From the NCBI GenBank assembly GCA_003246935.1, contig QKCF01000393.1, forward strand, positions 1-60,369: a stretch of DNA of 60,369 nt, written 5' to 3'. Numbering within the stretch: the first letter of the stretch is position 1; each line of letters begins with the position of its first letter. The notes below the pieces were generated by a model. The model had not been told where the DNA came from. It saw only the letters and a program-made list of their open reading frames with translations, and did no database searches. This DNA is from Sunxiuqinia sp. GTDB lineage: Bacteria; Bacteroidota; Bacteroidia; Bacteroidales; Prolixibacteraceae. Below are positions 39,942 to 51,041 of this stretch, one piece after another. The position numbers and the translations under genes were made by a program.

Positions 39942-41075
39942 TTAGCGTTTGCTCAACTCAATTGCTTTTTGCGCTGCTTCGCTCATCGTACTTACTGTTG
40001 GCAAGCCGGTTTGTTTTATCAAGGCAAGACCTTCGGCTGCATTAGTACCTGATAAACGTACTACGATTGGAATGTCTGTTTTAATAACATCCAGTGCCGT
40101 GATTAATCCGCGAGCTACATCGTCGCAACGGGTAATCCCCCCGAAAATATTAATCATCACCGCCTCAACATTCTTATCCGACAGCAAAATATTCATCGCA
40201 TCAACCACCTTTTGCGGGTTGGAGCTACCACCAATATCGAGGAAATTTGCAGGATTGCCGCCATATAGTTTAATCATGTCCATTGTGGCCATCGCCAAAC
40301 CAGCTCCGTTCACCATACAACCAATATTTCCGTCAAGCTTAATGTAGGAAAGCCCTTTTTCTTTCGCATCAATTTCCTTCTGCTCATCTTCATCGACTTC
40401 GCGAATTGCCAACAACTCGGGTTGACGGTATAAAGCGTTATCATCGAAATTCATTTTTCCATCGATCGCCAATAGATCGTTATCGGGGGTCAAAACCATT
40501 GGATTGATCTCGGCAAGGGTTGAATCGGTATCCAGAAAGATTTGATACAACTTTTGGAAAATATCAGCTGCTTTACGAGCTAGTTTCACATCCTTGAAAA
40601 GTTTCATCGCGACATTACGAGCCTGAAAGTCCAACAAACCAGTTTGTGGATTTATATTGAACTTATGAATCAGTTCCGGATTGTTTTTGGCAACTTCCTC
40701 AATTTCGACACCACCTTCGGCACTTACCATCAGTGTTACTGATTTGGAATTGCGGTCGTTAATCAAACCAACGTAGTATTCCTTTTCAATATCGGCAGCA
40801 TCGGCAATGATGATCTTCTCAACCGTGCAGCCTTTAATATCCATTCCAAGAATCTGTTCTGCTGCTTTCACGGCTTCCTCTTTATTTTTAGCCAGCTTTA
40901 CACCACCGGCTTTCCCGCGACCGCCAACTAAAACCTGCGCTTTCACAACGACCAGGTGATCGATATTAGCCATTGCTTCTTCAACTTCCTTTACCGTATG
41001 GCAAAGTACATGGTTTGGAACCGGGATCCCATACTTATTGAAGATGTCCCTGGCTTGGTACTCGTGTATCTTCAT
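39942..41075 (-). CDS. sucC: Succinyl-CoA synthetase beta subunit
   Basis: MKIHEYQA, KAQVLVGGRGKAGG, NGAGLAMATMD, NIFGGITRCD. Confidence 0.97.
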   Translation of the reverse strand: MKIHEYQARDIFNKYGIPVPNHVLCHTVKEVEEAMANIDHLVVVKAQVLVGGRGKAGGVKLAKNKEEAVKAAEQILGMDIKGCTVEKIIIADAADIEKEYYVGLINDRNSKSVTLMVSAEGGVEIEEVAKNNPELIHKFNINPQTGLLDFQARNVAMKLFKDVKLARKAADIFQKLYQIFLDTDSTLAEINPMVLTPDNDLLAIDGKMNFDDNALYRQPELLAIREVDEDEQKEIDAKEKGLSYIKLDGNIGCMVNGAGLAMATMDMIKLYGGNPANFLDIGGSSNPQKVVDAMNILLSDKNVEAVMINIFGGITRCDDVARGLITALDVIKTDIPIVVRLSGTNAAEGLALIKQTGLPTVSTMSEAAQKAIELSKR

Positions 41076-41336
41076 AGTCTATTAATTAATTTTAATGTTT
41101 AGTTATATGGATTATAAATTTATGGAATATCTCATTGTCAACATAAGACTTATGGCTTCATAAGTCCTATTTTAAAACATATCAACACGAGTTTAAATGT
41201 TTTGTTTGATGCCACTTTTGTTTTTTCAATGAAAACAAAAACGGCCTGATCGGCAGACCGTCCAAACATGACATATTTCCTTGAAATGAGCAAAAATTGA
41301 TATAGATTTGCAGCTTCATCTAAATCCAAATAAACC

Positions 41337-41954
41337 ATGATTAACGAAGTAGCCAGATTAATCAAACAAGAGGCTGAAGCAATCCAAAACATTCCCGTAA
41401 CTGACCAATACGAGAAATCCGTTGAGCTAATTGAAAAACATGTTCATCAGCTTAAAGGAAAGCTCGTTGCCAGCGGAATGGGAAAAGCGGGGCAAATTGC
41501 ATTAAACATTGCTACAACCTTCAGCTCAACTGGAACGCCGGCGGTATTTCTTCACCCCAGCGATGCCCAACATGGTGATCTGGGAGTTATTCAACCCAAC
41601 GATATTCTTTTGCTAATCTCGAACTCAGGTAAAACCCGTGAGATTTTGGAGTTGGTTGATTTGGCGGATAACCTTCATCCCAACTTACCAATTATCGTTA
41701 TTACAGGCAACCCGGAAGGTGAACTTTGCCAAACTGCAGATGCAACTTTATTCACGGGAAACCCCGCGGAAGTATGTACTCTCGGATTAACACCAAGCAC
41801 ATCAACAACGACCATGACTGTTATCGGAGATGTCCTTGTTGTTTTGATGATGAAACGAATCGGGTTTACCAATGCCGACTATGCCAAACGTCACCATGGT
41901 GGTTACCTGGGAGATAAGTCGCGGAGACAAGCTCGATTAATTGAAAAGAAATAA
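41337..41954 (+). CDS. SIS-domain sugar-phosphate isomerase, KdsD/KpsF/GutQ-like without CBS domains
   Basis: SGMGKAG, TFSSTGTP, HGDLG, SNSGKT, HHGGYLG. Confidence 0.88.
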   Translation: MINEVARLIKQEAEAIQNIPVTDQYEKSVELIEKHVHQLKGKLVASGMGKAGQIALNIATTFSSTGTPAVFLHPSDAQHGDLGVIQPNDILLLISNSGKTREILELVDLADNLHPNLPIIVITGNPEGELCQTADATLFTGNPAEVCTLGLTPSTSTTTMTVIGDVLVVLMMKRIGFTNADYAKRHHGGYLGDKSRRQARLIEKK

Positions 41955-42084
41955 TCGACTCTAGCACACCCAGTTTGTTAAATCAATTTAAAGCCTGTTG
42001 TAACAGATTTTATTTTCAGAGCAATTTGACTACAAAGCCAGCGAATTAGGATAATTTCACTCAAAAAAATTATAAATACACGTC

Positions 42085-42627
42085 ATGCGAATAAACAGAG
42101 AAAATACGGTTGGACTTATTATTGACATGCAGGAACGCCTCCTTCCGGCAATGGAAGAATCGGAAATGCTTTTAACAAACTGCCAAACTTTGATCAACGG
42201 TTTGCAAGAACTGAATGTTCCTATTTTGGCAACTCAACAATACTCTAAAGGTCTGGGACAAACGGTTGAACCAATCAGCAGTTTAATCAAAGATTTCAAG
42301 CCAATTGAAAAGAAAGACTTTAGCTGTTGTGACGAATCATCATTTGCTGCGGAATTGGAAAAAACTCACGCCATGAATATCATCATTGCTGGTATCGAGA
42401 GCCACGTATGTGTTCTTCAAACAGCAATCGACCTGAAAGAAGCCGGATTAAACCCGGTTATTGTTATGGACTGTGTATCATCACGTTCGTTCGACAATGT
42501 CGATATCGCAGCTGAGCGATTCCGCCACGAAGGGATTATGATGACTTCGTATGAATCGATTTTATTTGAATTGACAAGAACTGCCTCTGCACCGGAATTC
42601 AAAGCAATTTCGAAATTGGTAAAATAG
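42085..42627 (+). CDS. Isochorismatase-family hydrolase
   Basis: IDMQERL, QYSKGLG, GIESHVCVLQT. Confidence 0.9.
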   Translation: MRINRENTVGLIIDMQERLLPAMEESEMLLTNCQTLINGLQELNVPILATQQYSKGLGQTVEPISSLIKDFKPIEKKDFSCCDESSFAAELEKTHAMNIIIAGIESHVCVLQTAIDLKEAGLNPVIVMDCVSSRSFDNVDIAAERFRHEGIMMTSYESILFELTRTASAPEFKAISKLVK

Positions 42628-42741
42628 CAGTGATTACTGATAATTCAGAAAGAAACAGGCTTACAGAAAAGTTGATCGATTCCTAAATAATTGATCAACT
42701 TTTCTTATTTTCGAGCGAATTTGTAATACCAATCCGGCAAT

Positions 42742-44154
42742 ATGATTTCTTCGTTAAAACCAATTTCTCGCCGAAATTTTTTGCCTATTGGATGTGCAAT
42801 CCTTTTTCTTGGAATATCATTCCTTACAATTCTTTTCTACTTTTCCGATTCTGACCGTGCAGTAAAAGGAATCAGCTACTCGTCAACGTTCAACTTCTTG
42901 ACAGATTCACCGATTGAGACAACCTCAACCTCCGGTAATTTGAATTACCACCTTCTGATCGCCAGCGCAGTAATCATCGCAGTTTTACTTGGGCTCTTAC
43001 TTCGCACTATTCTTCAATTACGTGCTACTAGAAAGGAAAACGAAGACGTTCTGGGAGCACTAAGCGTAATTATCGTGGTCGTCGACAATGACAAACGCAT
43101 TGTAAAACAAGTGCGGAGTAGCGATGGATTGTTGCCATTCTCCGAAGAAAAAATTATTGGGAAATCAGCCTACGACATTTTTGATAAGGATGTGGCAGAT
43201 ATGATGGCAAGCGTAACAGAAAGATGTTTCGAAACGCAAAAAACTATTACTTGGGAATATTCTCTTAAGTTTGAAGGCAAGGAACTGTTTTTTTTAGGAA
43301 GACTCGTTTATCAATCTCCGACCAGAGCCATATTCAGCGCATACGAGATTACAGAAAGAAAGCTTGAAGAAGATAGGTTAAAGAAGTCAGCAAACGAAGT
43401 AAAAGAGATGAATGATGTTAAAGATCGTTTCTTTTCGATTATTGCTCACGACCTCAGAAGCCCGGTTGGTAGCTTTAAGATGCTGACAGGTATCCTTTTG
43501 AAAAACCTGGGGATGAATGACCAAGAAACAACCCGCAAGGTTCTGTCGTCAATTCATCTGGCCAGTTCCAACCTATACGATTTATTGGAAAACCTTTTAA
43601 GCTGGTCTCACAATCAACGAAAATCGCTGACTTTAAACCCTCAGAATCATATCCTTTTCGATTTGGTTGATGATGCGATCGATTCACAGCTGGTTCATTC
43701 CGAATTGAAACACATTGAACTTTGCAATGAGTTGACCCAAGAATCTCGAGCCATTTGTGATCATTATGTGACACTTACAGTCATTCGAAATCTGATCTCA
43801 AATGCCATTAAATTCACGAAAAAGGGGGGCAAAATTCATGTTGGCTGCGATCACTTTGTGAGAAACGAGAAGTCTTATTGTAAAATTTCGGTTTCGGACA
43901 ACGGAATTGGAATACCTGAGGATAAAATGGCAACAATCTTCAATTTCACCCCCAACAAATCGACTATTGGAACCAACAACGAATCAGGAAGTGGGCTGGG
44001 TTTGATTCTTTGCAAAGAATTGATTGAAAAACAAAATGGCTTTATCGAAATTCATTCCATTGAAAATGAAGGCACAACAGTATCACTCTTCCTACCTACA
44101 GAGAAGCCTATCCTAAAAATTCCTAAGGTACAAGAACAAGCGTTTTGGTCATAA
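42742..44154 (+). CDS. PAS-domain sensor histidine kinase (no adjacent regulator)
   Basis: Two TM segments, PAS-like region, AHDLRSP H-box, NLISNAIKF, DNGIG, GSGLGL. Confidence 0.92.
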   Translation: MISSLKPISRRNFLPIGCAILFLGISFLTILFYFSDSDRAVKGISYSSTFNFLTDSPIETTSTSGNLNYHLLIASAVIIAVLLGLLLRTILQLRATRKENEDVLGALSVIIVVVDNDKRIVKQVRSSDGLLPFSEEKIIGKSAYDIFDKDVADMMASVTERCFETQKTITWEYSLKFEGKELFFLGRLVYQSPTRAIFSAYEITERKLEEDRLKKSANEVKEMNDVKDRFFSIIAHDLRSPVGSFKMLTGILLKNLGMNDQETTRKVLSSIHLASSNLYDLLENLLSWSHNQRKSLTLNPQNHILFDLVDDAIDSQLVHSELKHIELCNELTQESRAICDHYVTLTVIRNLISNAIKFTKKGGKIHVGCDHFVRNEKSYCKISVSDNGIGIPEDKMATIFNFTPNKSTIGTNNESGSGLGLILCKELIEKQNGFIEIHSIENEGTTVSLFLPTEKPILKIPKVQEQAFWS

Positions 44155-46669
44155 CCTCGCCATTGATCATCACTCTGAAATAATATACTCCTGCCGGATT
44201 ACCGGTTAAATCAAAATTAAGCGTATTTCCCATCTGGTTGAAAGCACCATTTCCGGAGTAAATCAACTGCCCTTTTGAATTGTAGACAGACAATTCGGCA
44301 TCACCATCCTCTACACTACCAACAGTTAAGTGATACAAGCCGGAAGATGGATTAGGATAAACCTCGATCGTATTTGACAACAGTTGAATGGACAACTCGC
44401 CTTCGGCACCATTAGTGCCATCAACCTGAAGCCAATATTTGGCGCCGGGCGTTACCTCCAGGGTCTCTAAACTTGTCTCGTTAATTCCTCCGGCCAACGA
44501 TGCCAACTTGAGATATGACGCTTCGCTCCCCGAAAGCAAATAAGCAGCAGTAGTGGCACGATAAATCCCAATCTCAGACTGAAAACCTTCAGCAAGGATG
44601 CTTACCCGCCCACTGGATGGCCCTTCAAAATAAAACCAAATCGAGTTATCGAGATCATCCGACGAGGTTGGCGTTGGCTCATTATCTTCTACGGTACCGC
44701 AGTCGTTCGAGTACAGACCGTTGTATCCCAATTTTAACCCTATCGCCTGGGCGACATTATCGTTCTCAGGAATGACAACATGGAGCAGAACACTGTCCGC
44801 CTTGGAACAGTCACCCTGTGATCCTGTAACTTTCACGTAGGTATCAAAAGATCCTTCCTGCTTAGCCTCATCCGTCAAACTTACCGTGAGCACATTGTCA
44901 TCAACCGATGTTGAAAACTTGTCAGCGGCAGTAATATCGAACGCGAATTCAGGTGCACCTTCAGCCGCAAAGGAATAATCATCTAACTCCCAACCACACA
45001 TCGTCATTTCATCCGGCAAGTCAACCAATGTAACCGGCAATTCTGCAAACACCGCAACTACATCACTATGGGTTATTTCATCGGTTCCGTTTTCGTTCGA
45101 GACGGTTAAACTAATTGTATAAGATCCTTCTGTAGAAAATAAAATTTGCGGGTTCTGCGAATTCTTATTCGTTCCGTTTACAAATGTATACGTGGAAGGA
45201 CCAATGCTCCATTCCCAGCTTGTTGGCCCGTATTTCGTTTCATCAGTCAAATTTAGCACCTCAGTCATGCAAAGAATTGAAACTTCCGGGCTAAAGGCAG
45301 CAATCGGCTTACTTGTCGAATCGTAACCATCGAGTTGCAGAACACCTGTATCATCCGGGTCCAACCAATATTTCAACTGCTGTGACGAACCCGACTTATA
45401 GTTCCATGACCATGAAAACTTTCCGAACAAAGAAGAAGTTTCGTCACCTCCATGCAATTGTCCGACAATACGCTTATTCTCATCAAACAAAGGTGCACCC
45501 GATGAACCACCTTCATCAGCTCCTACATCGTAAAATACTTCCCAGTGAGAATCTATTTCTGAGATAGTCCGGTCGTCCCATTGAATCCGGTAATCATTAC
45601 TTCCAACTTCATCGTAGTCCAAAGCAATGCTCTTCGGCGTTCCCTGAGGATGGTGTATACAAGTTCCACTTTGTGGATTATTATCCGTAGCATCCCACCC
45701 TGCATAAAAAGGTTCGTAATCCTGAGGAATATCCTCATCCAGTTTAACCAAGGTAAAGTCGGAAGAGGAACTTGACGCAACCAGCTCTGAACCCGATATC
45801 GTCTGATCTAAAGATGCATCAGCAGAAGTACATGTTGAATTTTCATAGTTAAAGTAGGCAACTAAACTCGAAGCTTCCAAATCCGAACTAATACAGTGGT
45901 TTGCGGTAAGAAAATACGGGGTCGCATCTTCATTAACGTTATTAACAAGAGAGCCGGAACAGTAATAACTATACTGACTATCATTAAAGGTAATCATACA
46001 AACCGCCCGTTTTTGAGTCTGCCAATCCTGACCTTCAGCACAGTTAATCTGAATGCGACTGATGGCCTCAGTCGTCAAATCCACGTAACCCGATGATACT
46101 GATCCCAAAACAACACCACCTTCATACGATGCATCAACCGGCTCGTTATATTCAATTATCAGTGTATTCTGAGGGAATTCGGCAAGTGTTAATCCTCCGT
46201 TTGCCTTCCTGTTTAGATCCGTAAAACCTCCCCGGATTTGCGTTCCATCATCCGAATAAATATATAATGCTGCCCCCTCCGGAATATCGAAGGTGGAAAA
46301 TTGTAATCCTAACGAAAACGCGTTGCGACTCGAAAGTTCGTATCGCCAAACATTCATATTCCCAACTTGTGTCTGTACTCCTTCTTCCCGTATATTAACA
46401 TTAATCGCTTGCAGTACACCATAACGGTTGTTCACGCCTTCCTGCACATCTGTCGCTTTCAACTCGGCAATATCTAAAGCGTCAAGTGCTTTTTGAGGGA
46501 TAATCTCAGCAGCTTTCAACTTCGCATTAAACGATGCTGGTGTACTTCCATCGGAAACCTGCCCGAATGAAAAAACACTCATCAACAACAATGCAACCAA
46601 TATCAAACTCCCCTTCCGATGATTGGCAACGACATTCAAAATGTCTGTACACTTCTCTTTTAAAATCAT
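44123..46669 (-). CDS. T9SS-secreted trypsin-like serine protease (lysyl endopeptidase-like) with PKD domain
   Basis: LTANHC, DFTL, GGSSGAPL triad motifs; PKD (PTSWEW...GSYTISLTVSN); C-terminal sorting domain VYPNPS...GVYYFRV. Confidence 0.88.
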   Translation of the reverse strand: MILKEKCTDILNVVANHRKGSLILVALLLMSVFSFGQVSDGSTPASFNAKLKAAEIIPQKALDALDIAELKATDVQEGVNNRYGVLQAINVNIREEGVQTQVGNMNVWRYELSSRNAFSLGLQFSTFDIPEGAALYIYSDDGTQIRGGFTDLNRKANGGLTLAEFPQNTLIIEYNEPVDASYEGGVVLGSVSSGYVDLTTEAISRIQINCAEGQDWQTQKRAVCMITFNDSQYSYYCSGSLVNNVNEDATPYFLTANHCISSDLEASSLVAYFNYENSTCTSADASLDQTISGSELVASSSSSDFTLVKLDEDIPQDYEPFYAGWDATDNNPQSGTCIHHPQGTPKSIALDYDEVGSNDYRIQWDDRTISEIDSHWEVFYDVGADEGGSSGAPLFDENKRIVGQLHGGDETSSLFGKFSWSWNYKSGSSQQLKYWLDPDDTGVLQLDGYDSTSKPIAAFSPEVSILCMTEVLNLTDETKYGPTSWEWSIGPSTYTFVNGTNKNSQNPQILFSTEGSYTISLTVSNENGTDEITHSDVVAVFAELPVTLVDLPDEMTMCGWELDDYSFAAEGAPEFAFDITAADKFSTSVDDNVLTVSLTDEAKQEGSFDTYVKVTGSQGDCSKADSVLLHVVIPENDNVAQAIGLKLGYNGLYSNDCGTVEDNEPTPTSSDDLDNSIWFYFEGPSSGRVSILAEGFQSEIGIYRATTAAYLLSGSEASYLKLASLAGGINETSLETLEVTPGAKYWLQVDGTNGAEGELSIQLLSNTIEVYPNPSSGLYHLTVGSVEDGDAELSVYNSKGQLIYSGNGAFNQMGNTLNFDLTGNPAGVYYFRVMINGEVMTKTLVLVP

Positions 46670-46850
46670 GCGTTTAATGTCAATTCAATAAAACTCACCC
46701 GCATCCAGAAATACGTCATTCTCATGCGAAGTAATATAAAAATACGAAAGCTCCGGTCCTTTTTTGAAGTATCACAAATTCTGTTCCTTACCGGAGTTTC
46801 TACTATAATACAATTCCACCCGAATCAATGTTTACCCTAAGCCTAAAAAT

Positions 46851-46875
46851 AAAAAAAGGGTCCTTCCGGACCCTT
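46851..46875 (-). terminator. Terminator after the hexitol operon
   Basis: AAGGGTCC / GGACCCTT with U-run on minus strand. Confidence 0.8.
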
Positions 46876-46901
46876 CTCTATTGTTTTGGCGTATTTTTTC
46901 G

Positions 46902-47567
46902 TTAAAACGAAATATCGTATAAATCTTTACCGTCTTCGATGAACGTTTTTACACTGATATCAGTCATTGGGTGCTTAATTAACTGCATCAACAAATCCGG
47001 GCCAACTGTTGCTGAATGCGAGCCATTCATGCTCACCCGATGAATTTGGTCAACCGTTTTAAAGCTGGCAGCCAACACTTTTGTCGGTAACTTGAAATCA
47101 GTCATGTTTTTCACGATATCCCGAACTACTTCGATACCGTGAGATGAAATATTGTCCAAACGACTCACATAAGGTGCAACAAAATCAGCACCCGCTTTAG
47201 CTGATACTAATGCTTGCTGCTGTGTAAAAATTGCTGTTGCAGTCACGTTAATACCTGCATCCTTCAAAATTGACATCGCCTTATAACCTTGAGGCGTAAC
47301 CGGAATTTTAGCGTAAAAATTATCACCGATATCAAAAAAGCTTTTGTATGTTTTCGCTTCACGAACGATATCCGAAGCTTCCTCACTCATCACTTGCACG
47401 TGAATCATGCCATGACCAACAATTTTCAAAATATTGTCGATCGCTACCGACAATTTATTTCCTGAGTTTTTCAGGATTGTCGGGTTTGTTGTTACGCCTT
47501 CCAGCGGGAAAAAATCATACAATTCCTTCAGGGCCTCAATATCGGCCGTGTCTGCCATGTAAATCAT
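46902..47567 (-). CDS. Fructose-6-phosphate aldolase / transaldolase family protein
   Basis: DTAD, GVTTNPT, KIPVT, AASFK; HVQV and APYV are FSA-type residues. Confidence 0.88.
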   Translation of the reverse strand: MIYMADTADIEALKELYDFFPLEGVTTNPTILKNSGNKLSVAIDNILKIVGHGMIHVQVMSEEASDIVREAKTYKSFFDIGDNFYAKIPVTPQGYKAMSILKDAGINVTATAIFTQQQALVSAKAGADFVAPYVSRLDNISSHGIEVVRDIVKNMTDFKLPTKVLAASFKTVDQIHRVSMNGSHSATVGPDLLMQLIKHPMTDISVKTFIEDGKDLYDISF

Positions 47568-47634
47568 ATTGCCTGTAATTTTTTATTCATTATCAGAATC
47601 GAAACAACAGGCAACAAGTTATAACTGCCTGCAT

Positions 47635-48906
47635 CTATATATCCTTCGCACTGGCGAGTAAATATTCCTCAGCTTCGACGGACCAAAGGTCGTTATTTCG
47701 TTGGCAAATTTCGTGAAGGCCGGCAAATAATGGATCAGATTTTCCTTTTTCTTTAAATTCGGCAATCGCTGTCAACGGAATATCCTTATGGGTATAGATC
47801 AACTTCTTACCTCCCGGGATTTCCGGCAAATGCAAGGTCGTATCAATAACTGCGTTCAAGCCGCCCACGTGTGTAACCAAACCGGCAGGATCAAGCCCTT
47901 TTCCAAACATTTCAAGTGATTCAACCATATCATCATTGTTTCCACCAGAAGTTCCAACAATATGAGTCGCCGCATAATGCACATTGTAAAAATTCATCTT
48001 CGCTGTAAAATCTGCATTCCCCGGACCGGCAAAAAAATTCAAACAACCGTCGTTCGACAAAATAGCGTCGCCTTGCTCAATTACCGGTGGCACTGGTGCA
48101 AACACAAATACATCGTTGTAACCTTCACCTCCAGTCAAACCGCGAAGCTTACCTACCGGATCTTCACCACTTGTATTTAAATAAATCAGCTCGATGCCTT
48201 TTGTTTTTGCCCATTCGGGTGAATAGATCGAAGCAGCTCGATCCAAACGAGCCTGATCAATATCGGTAACAACCATTAAGGAAGGCTTCCTGTCTTCACG
48301 CATTATCACATAATTAATCGCCGCCAATCCCATGGGGCCAACGCCTGCCAAAATTGCCATTTTACCGCCATCAACAATTTCCATCTGGTGTACATATGAA
48401 CCTGGCTTGGTGTGATAATTGGCATGCATTGCTCCAATTACACAACTCAACGGCTCAGCCAAAGAAGCCGGATAGTACCCCGGGCCTTCGTAGGCAAGCA
48501 AACAATCCTGTATCAGCACATCCTTCGGGATAATTACATAGGTAGCGTCACCACCAATATATTGATATGAGTAACCCGGTGCACTCAATACACCAACAGG
48601 ACCGTCTTCGTAATAAATTGCTGGTTGAATAGAGAACTTTTGACCAGCCTTAAATTTGTGTTGCCAATCGGCTCCAATCTCAACTAACTCACCCGCAAAT
48701 TCGTGACCGATCAAAATTGGGTTCTCAGCTACATCATTCGGAATGCGTTTGTGATCGCTACCCTGCGACGCTGCTTTGTACGACGACATGCAAATACTGT
48801 CGGATACAACCTTTGCTAAAATTTCATCGTCTCCAATCTTCGGAAGTTCAAACTCTTCCAGTCGCAAGTCTTTCTTGCCATATAATCGAATTGCTTTTGT
48901 CTTCAT
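47635..48906 (-). CDS. L-sorbose-1-phosphate reductase-like zinc-binding dehydrogenase
   Basis: DSICMSSYKA, GHEFAG, AEPLSC, GPMG, GTSGG, IPGGKKLIY as in SorE. Confidence 0.85.
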   Translation of the reverse strand: MKTKAIRLYGKKDLRLEEFELPKIGDDEILAKVVSDSICMSSYKAASQGSDHKRIPNDVAENPILIGHEFAGELVEIGADWQHKFKAGQKFSIQPAIYYEDGPVGVLSAPGYSYQYIGGDATYVIIPKDVLIQDCLLAYEGPGYYPASLAEPLSCVIGAMHANYHTKPGSYVHQMEIVDGGKMAILAGVGPMGLAAINYVIMREDRKPSLMVVTDIDQARLDRAASIYSPEWAKTKGIELIYLNTSGEDPVGKLRGLTGGEGYNDVFVFAPVPPVIEQGDAILSNDGCLNFFAGPGNADFTAKMNFYNVHYAATHIVGTSGGNNDDMVESLEMFGKGLDPAGLVTHVGGLNAVIDTTLHLPEIPGGKKLIYTHKDIPLTAIAEFKEKGKSDPLFAGLHEICQRNNDLWSVEAEEYLLASAKDI

Positions 48907-49023
48907 TGTATTTTCTTCTTTTATGTCATATTTCTTTATTACCGAAACTTGTTTCAGGATCTATCCCTCAAATTGAGAGATCCCGGAATAAATTCGGGAC
49001 TGCGCTCCTACATTACCTTCTAT

Positions 49024-50991
49024 CTAATTCAGCATATTCTGACCGCCGGTTACCGGAACCGCCTGACCTGTTTCATACTCCTGCTCAATCACATAGAAAA
49101 TCGCACGCATCACATCAAGCGGGGTACATCCGCGACCTGCCGGAACCTGAGCTTCATAATAAGCTTTTACATCCTCGATTGTTTTTGCTCCGGGAACCTT
49201 GCCTGCATTCAAATACTGAACAAACAAACCTTTTTCCGGATCGGCCCACAGTGGACCATCGAAGAAGTTACCCGGGCAGATTGAATTAACCTTAATCCGC
49301 GACGGCATTAACTCCAATGCGAATGACTGAGTCAACCCTATACCACCAAATTTACCACCGGCATAGGCAAAGTTTTTATTACTTCCCTTCAAGCCGGATT
49401 TTGAATTGATTTGAATGATATCGGCAAAATGATCCGGCTTAATCTTATTCTGCAACTTCATGACCGCTGATGCATATTTTGCACAAAGGAAATAAGCTGA
49501 ATAATTCACTTTCGTCATCAGTTCAAACGTTTCCGGTGTCATTTCATCCAGGCCACCGGCACGCAAAATTCCGGCGTTACTAACAAATGTATCCAAGCCA
49601 CCGAAGTTCACAACGGTCTCATATACCAGATTCTGAACCGACTCAGCATTTGATACATCAGCTTTTACAAATAATGCTTTGTTTTTCCTGTTTACCGAAT
49701 TCAGCTCTTCTGCGAATTCCTGTCCTTTTTCTGCGTTCAAGTCGGCAATAACCACATTGGCTCCGTGATTCATCAACTCTTCAACGATACCAGCGCCGAA
49801 GCCCTGAGCTCCACCGGTTACGACCATAATCTTTCGATCGACACGACCAGCCGTTGCCCCCATAGATACTTTCGAGCGATACTGCTCTACTTCCCAGTTT
49901 TCGATAAACTGAATCTGAGTAGGAGTCATCGGGTGCTCACCACCAAAAGTTTGTGACAGCTTCGCAATCCGACAACAATCGGTTACCACATCGTACAACA
50001 CATCCGCGCCTTGTGCATGATCAGAAATAAGCATTACACCTAGTCCTTTCGCGAAAATTACTTTCGGCAACTTTCCTTTTGTCGATTTATATGTGTCGAT
50101 TTTAATTTGAAGATCTACCAAAAAGGCTGCAGGATCTCCTTCGTATTGGGTATAGATGTAGGCCGAATTGGCATATACAATACCATCGGGGGTAAACGGA
50201 TTAGAGACTGAAGGGTAGTTTTTTTCATCCAGATAGAAATCAAACAATGTATTATTGACTAACTTAACGGTTTTCAATCCTTCGCCCGAAACCATCATCC
50301 GTACCGCAGGAATCACCTTGTCAGCATCTGCAGAAACCGGTAGATCTTCTATCGGCGCTTCCTCTCCATAAGCAGCATCCAGCTTCCCAATCAAATCATC
50401 ATAAATGGACTTCACCTCATCAATTGTATTAGCTCCAACAAATACACCGTGATTCTGCAATAAAATTACAGCAGGCTCCTTACCCTTCTTTTTCCGATAT
50501 TCCAAGACCGACTTTTCGACGACTTTGAATAAAATATACCCGGGATCATCGTAAGGAATATATAAAACATCATCGCCGAAAAGCTCGGCCGCTTTCTCCG
50601 CTGCCTGGTTACTGCACATCAGTCCATTCACCTTCGTTGAATGTGTGTGAACGATAAAGGTATAATCGATCAGGTTGTGCAACGATGTTTCCACCGAAGG
50701 ACGTCGCCCTTTCTCTGGCTCGAGTCGACTTCTCAGTAAATCATTTTTGATTTCCTCTTCGCGCTGCAGTACATCTGTTGAATAGTTTTTTGTATTGATT
50801 TCATTCAATTGCTTACGATCCAGCTTGGCAAAACCAGACTCAGTGATCGTAGATAAGCTAAAACCACTGGCCTTCACCCGCAGGCAATCGGCAGTTTTAT
50901 AGGAAGTATTACCTCCCCCCGCCAATACAAAATCTTTTTGTTTGCCGTAAAACTGCGATATCTCAATTAAGTCTAATATTCCTTGTTCCAT
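49024..50991 (-). CDS. Fusion of class II aldolase-like domain and SrlD-like short-chain dehydrogenase
   Basis: GGGNTS, PSVET-x-LH, HTH, NHG; then TGGAQGFG, IIQINSKSG, YAGGKFGG, VTGGQ. Confidence 0.88.
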   Translation of the reverse strand: MEQGILDLIEISQFYGKQKDFVLAGGGNTSYKTADCLRVKASGFSLSTITESGFAKLDRKQLNEINTKNYSTDVLQREEEIKNDLLRSRLEPEKGRRPSVETSLHNLIDYTFIVHTHSTKVNGLMCSNQAAEKAAELFGDDVLYIPYDDPGYILFKVVEKSVLEYRKKKGKEPAVILLQNHGVFVGANTIDEVKSIYDDLIGKLDAAYGEEAPIEDLPVSADADKVIPAVRMMVSGEGLKTVKLVNNTLFDFYLDEKNYPSVSNPFTPDGIVYANSAYIYTQYEGDPAAFLVDLQIKIDTYKSTKGKLPKVIFAKGLGVMLISDHAQGADVLYDVVTDCCRIAKLSQTFGGEHPMTPTQIQFIENWEVEQYRSKVSMGATAGRVDRKIMVVTGGAQGFGAGIVEELMNHGANVVIADLNAEKGQEFAEELNSVNRKNKALFVKADVSNAESVQNLVYETVVNFGGLDTFVSNAGILRAGGLDEMTPETFELMTKVNYSAYFLCAKYASAVMKLQNKIKPDHFADIIQINSKSGLKGSNKNFAYAGGKFGGIGLTQSFALELMPSRIKVNSICPGNFFDGPLWADPEKGLFVQYLNAGKVPGAKTIEDVKAYYEAQVPAGRGCTPLDVMRAIFYVIEQEYETGQAVPVTGGQNMLN

Positions 50992-51041
50992 AAGTTTGAT
51001 AATTCCTGTTTTGTTTTTGGTTTGATTTTTAATAGGTTCAA

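Noticed and set aside
46712-46735. Third ECF promoter (ATTACTT-N13-CGTA) upstream of the protease
   Set aside because: Mismatches in both boxes, and TTACTTCG is equally explained as a housekeeping -7 variant
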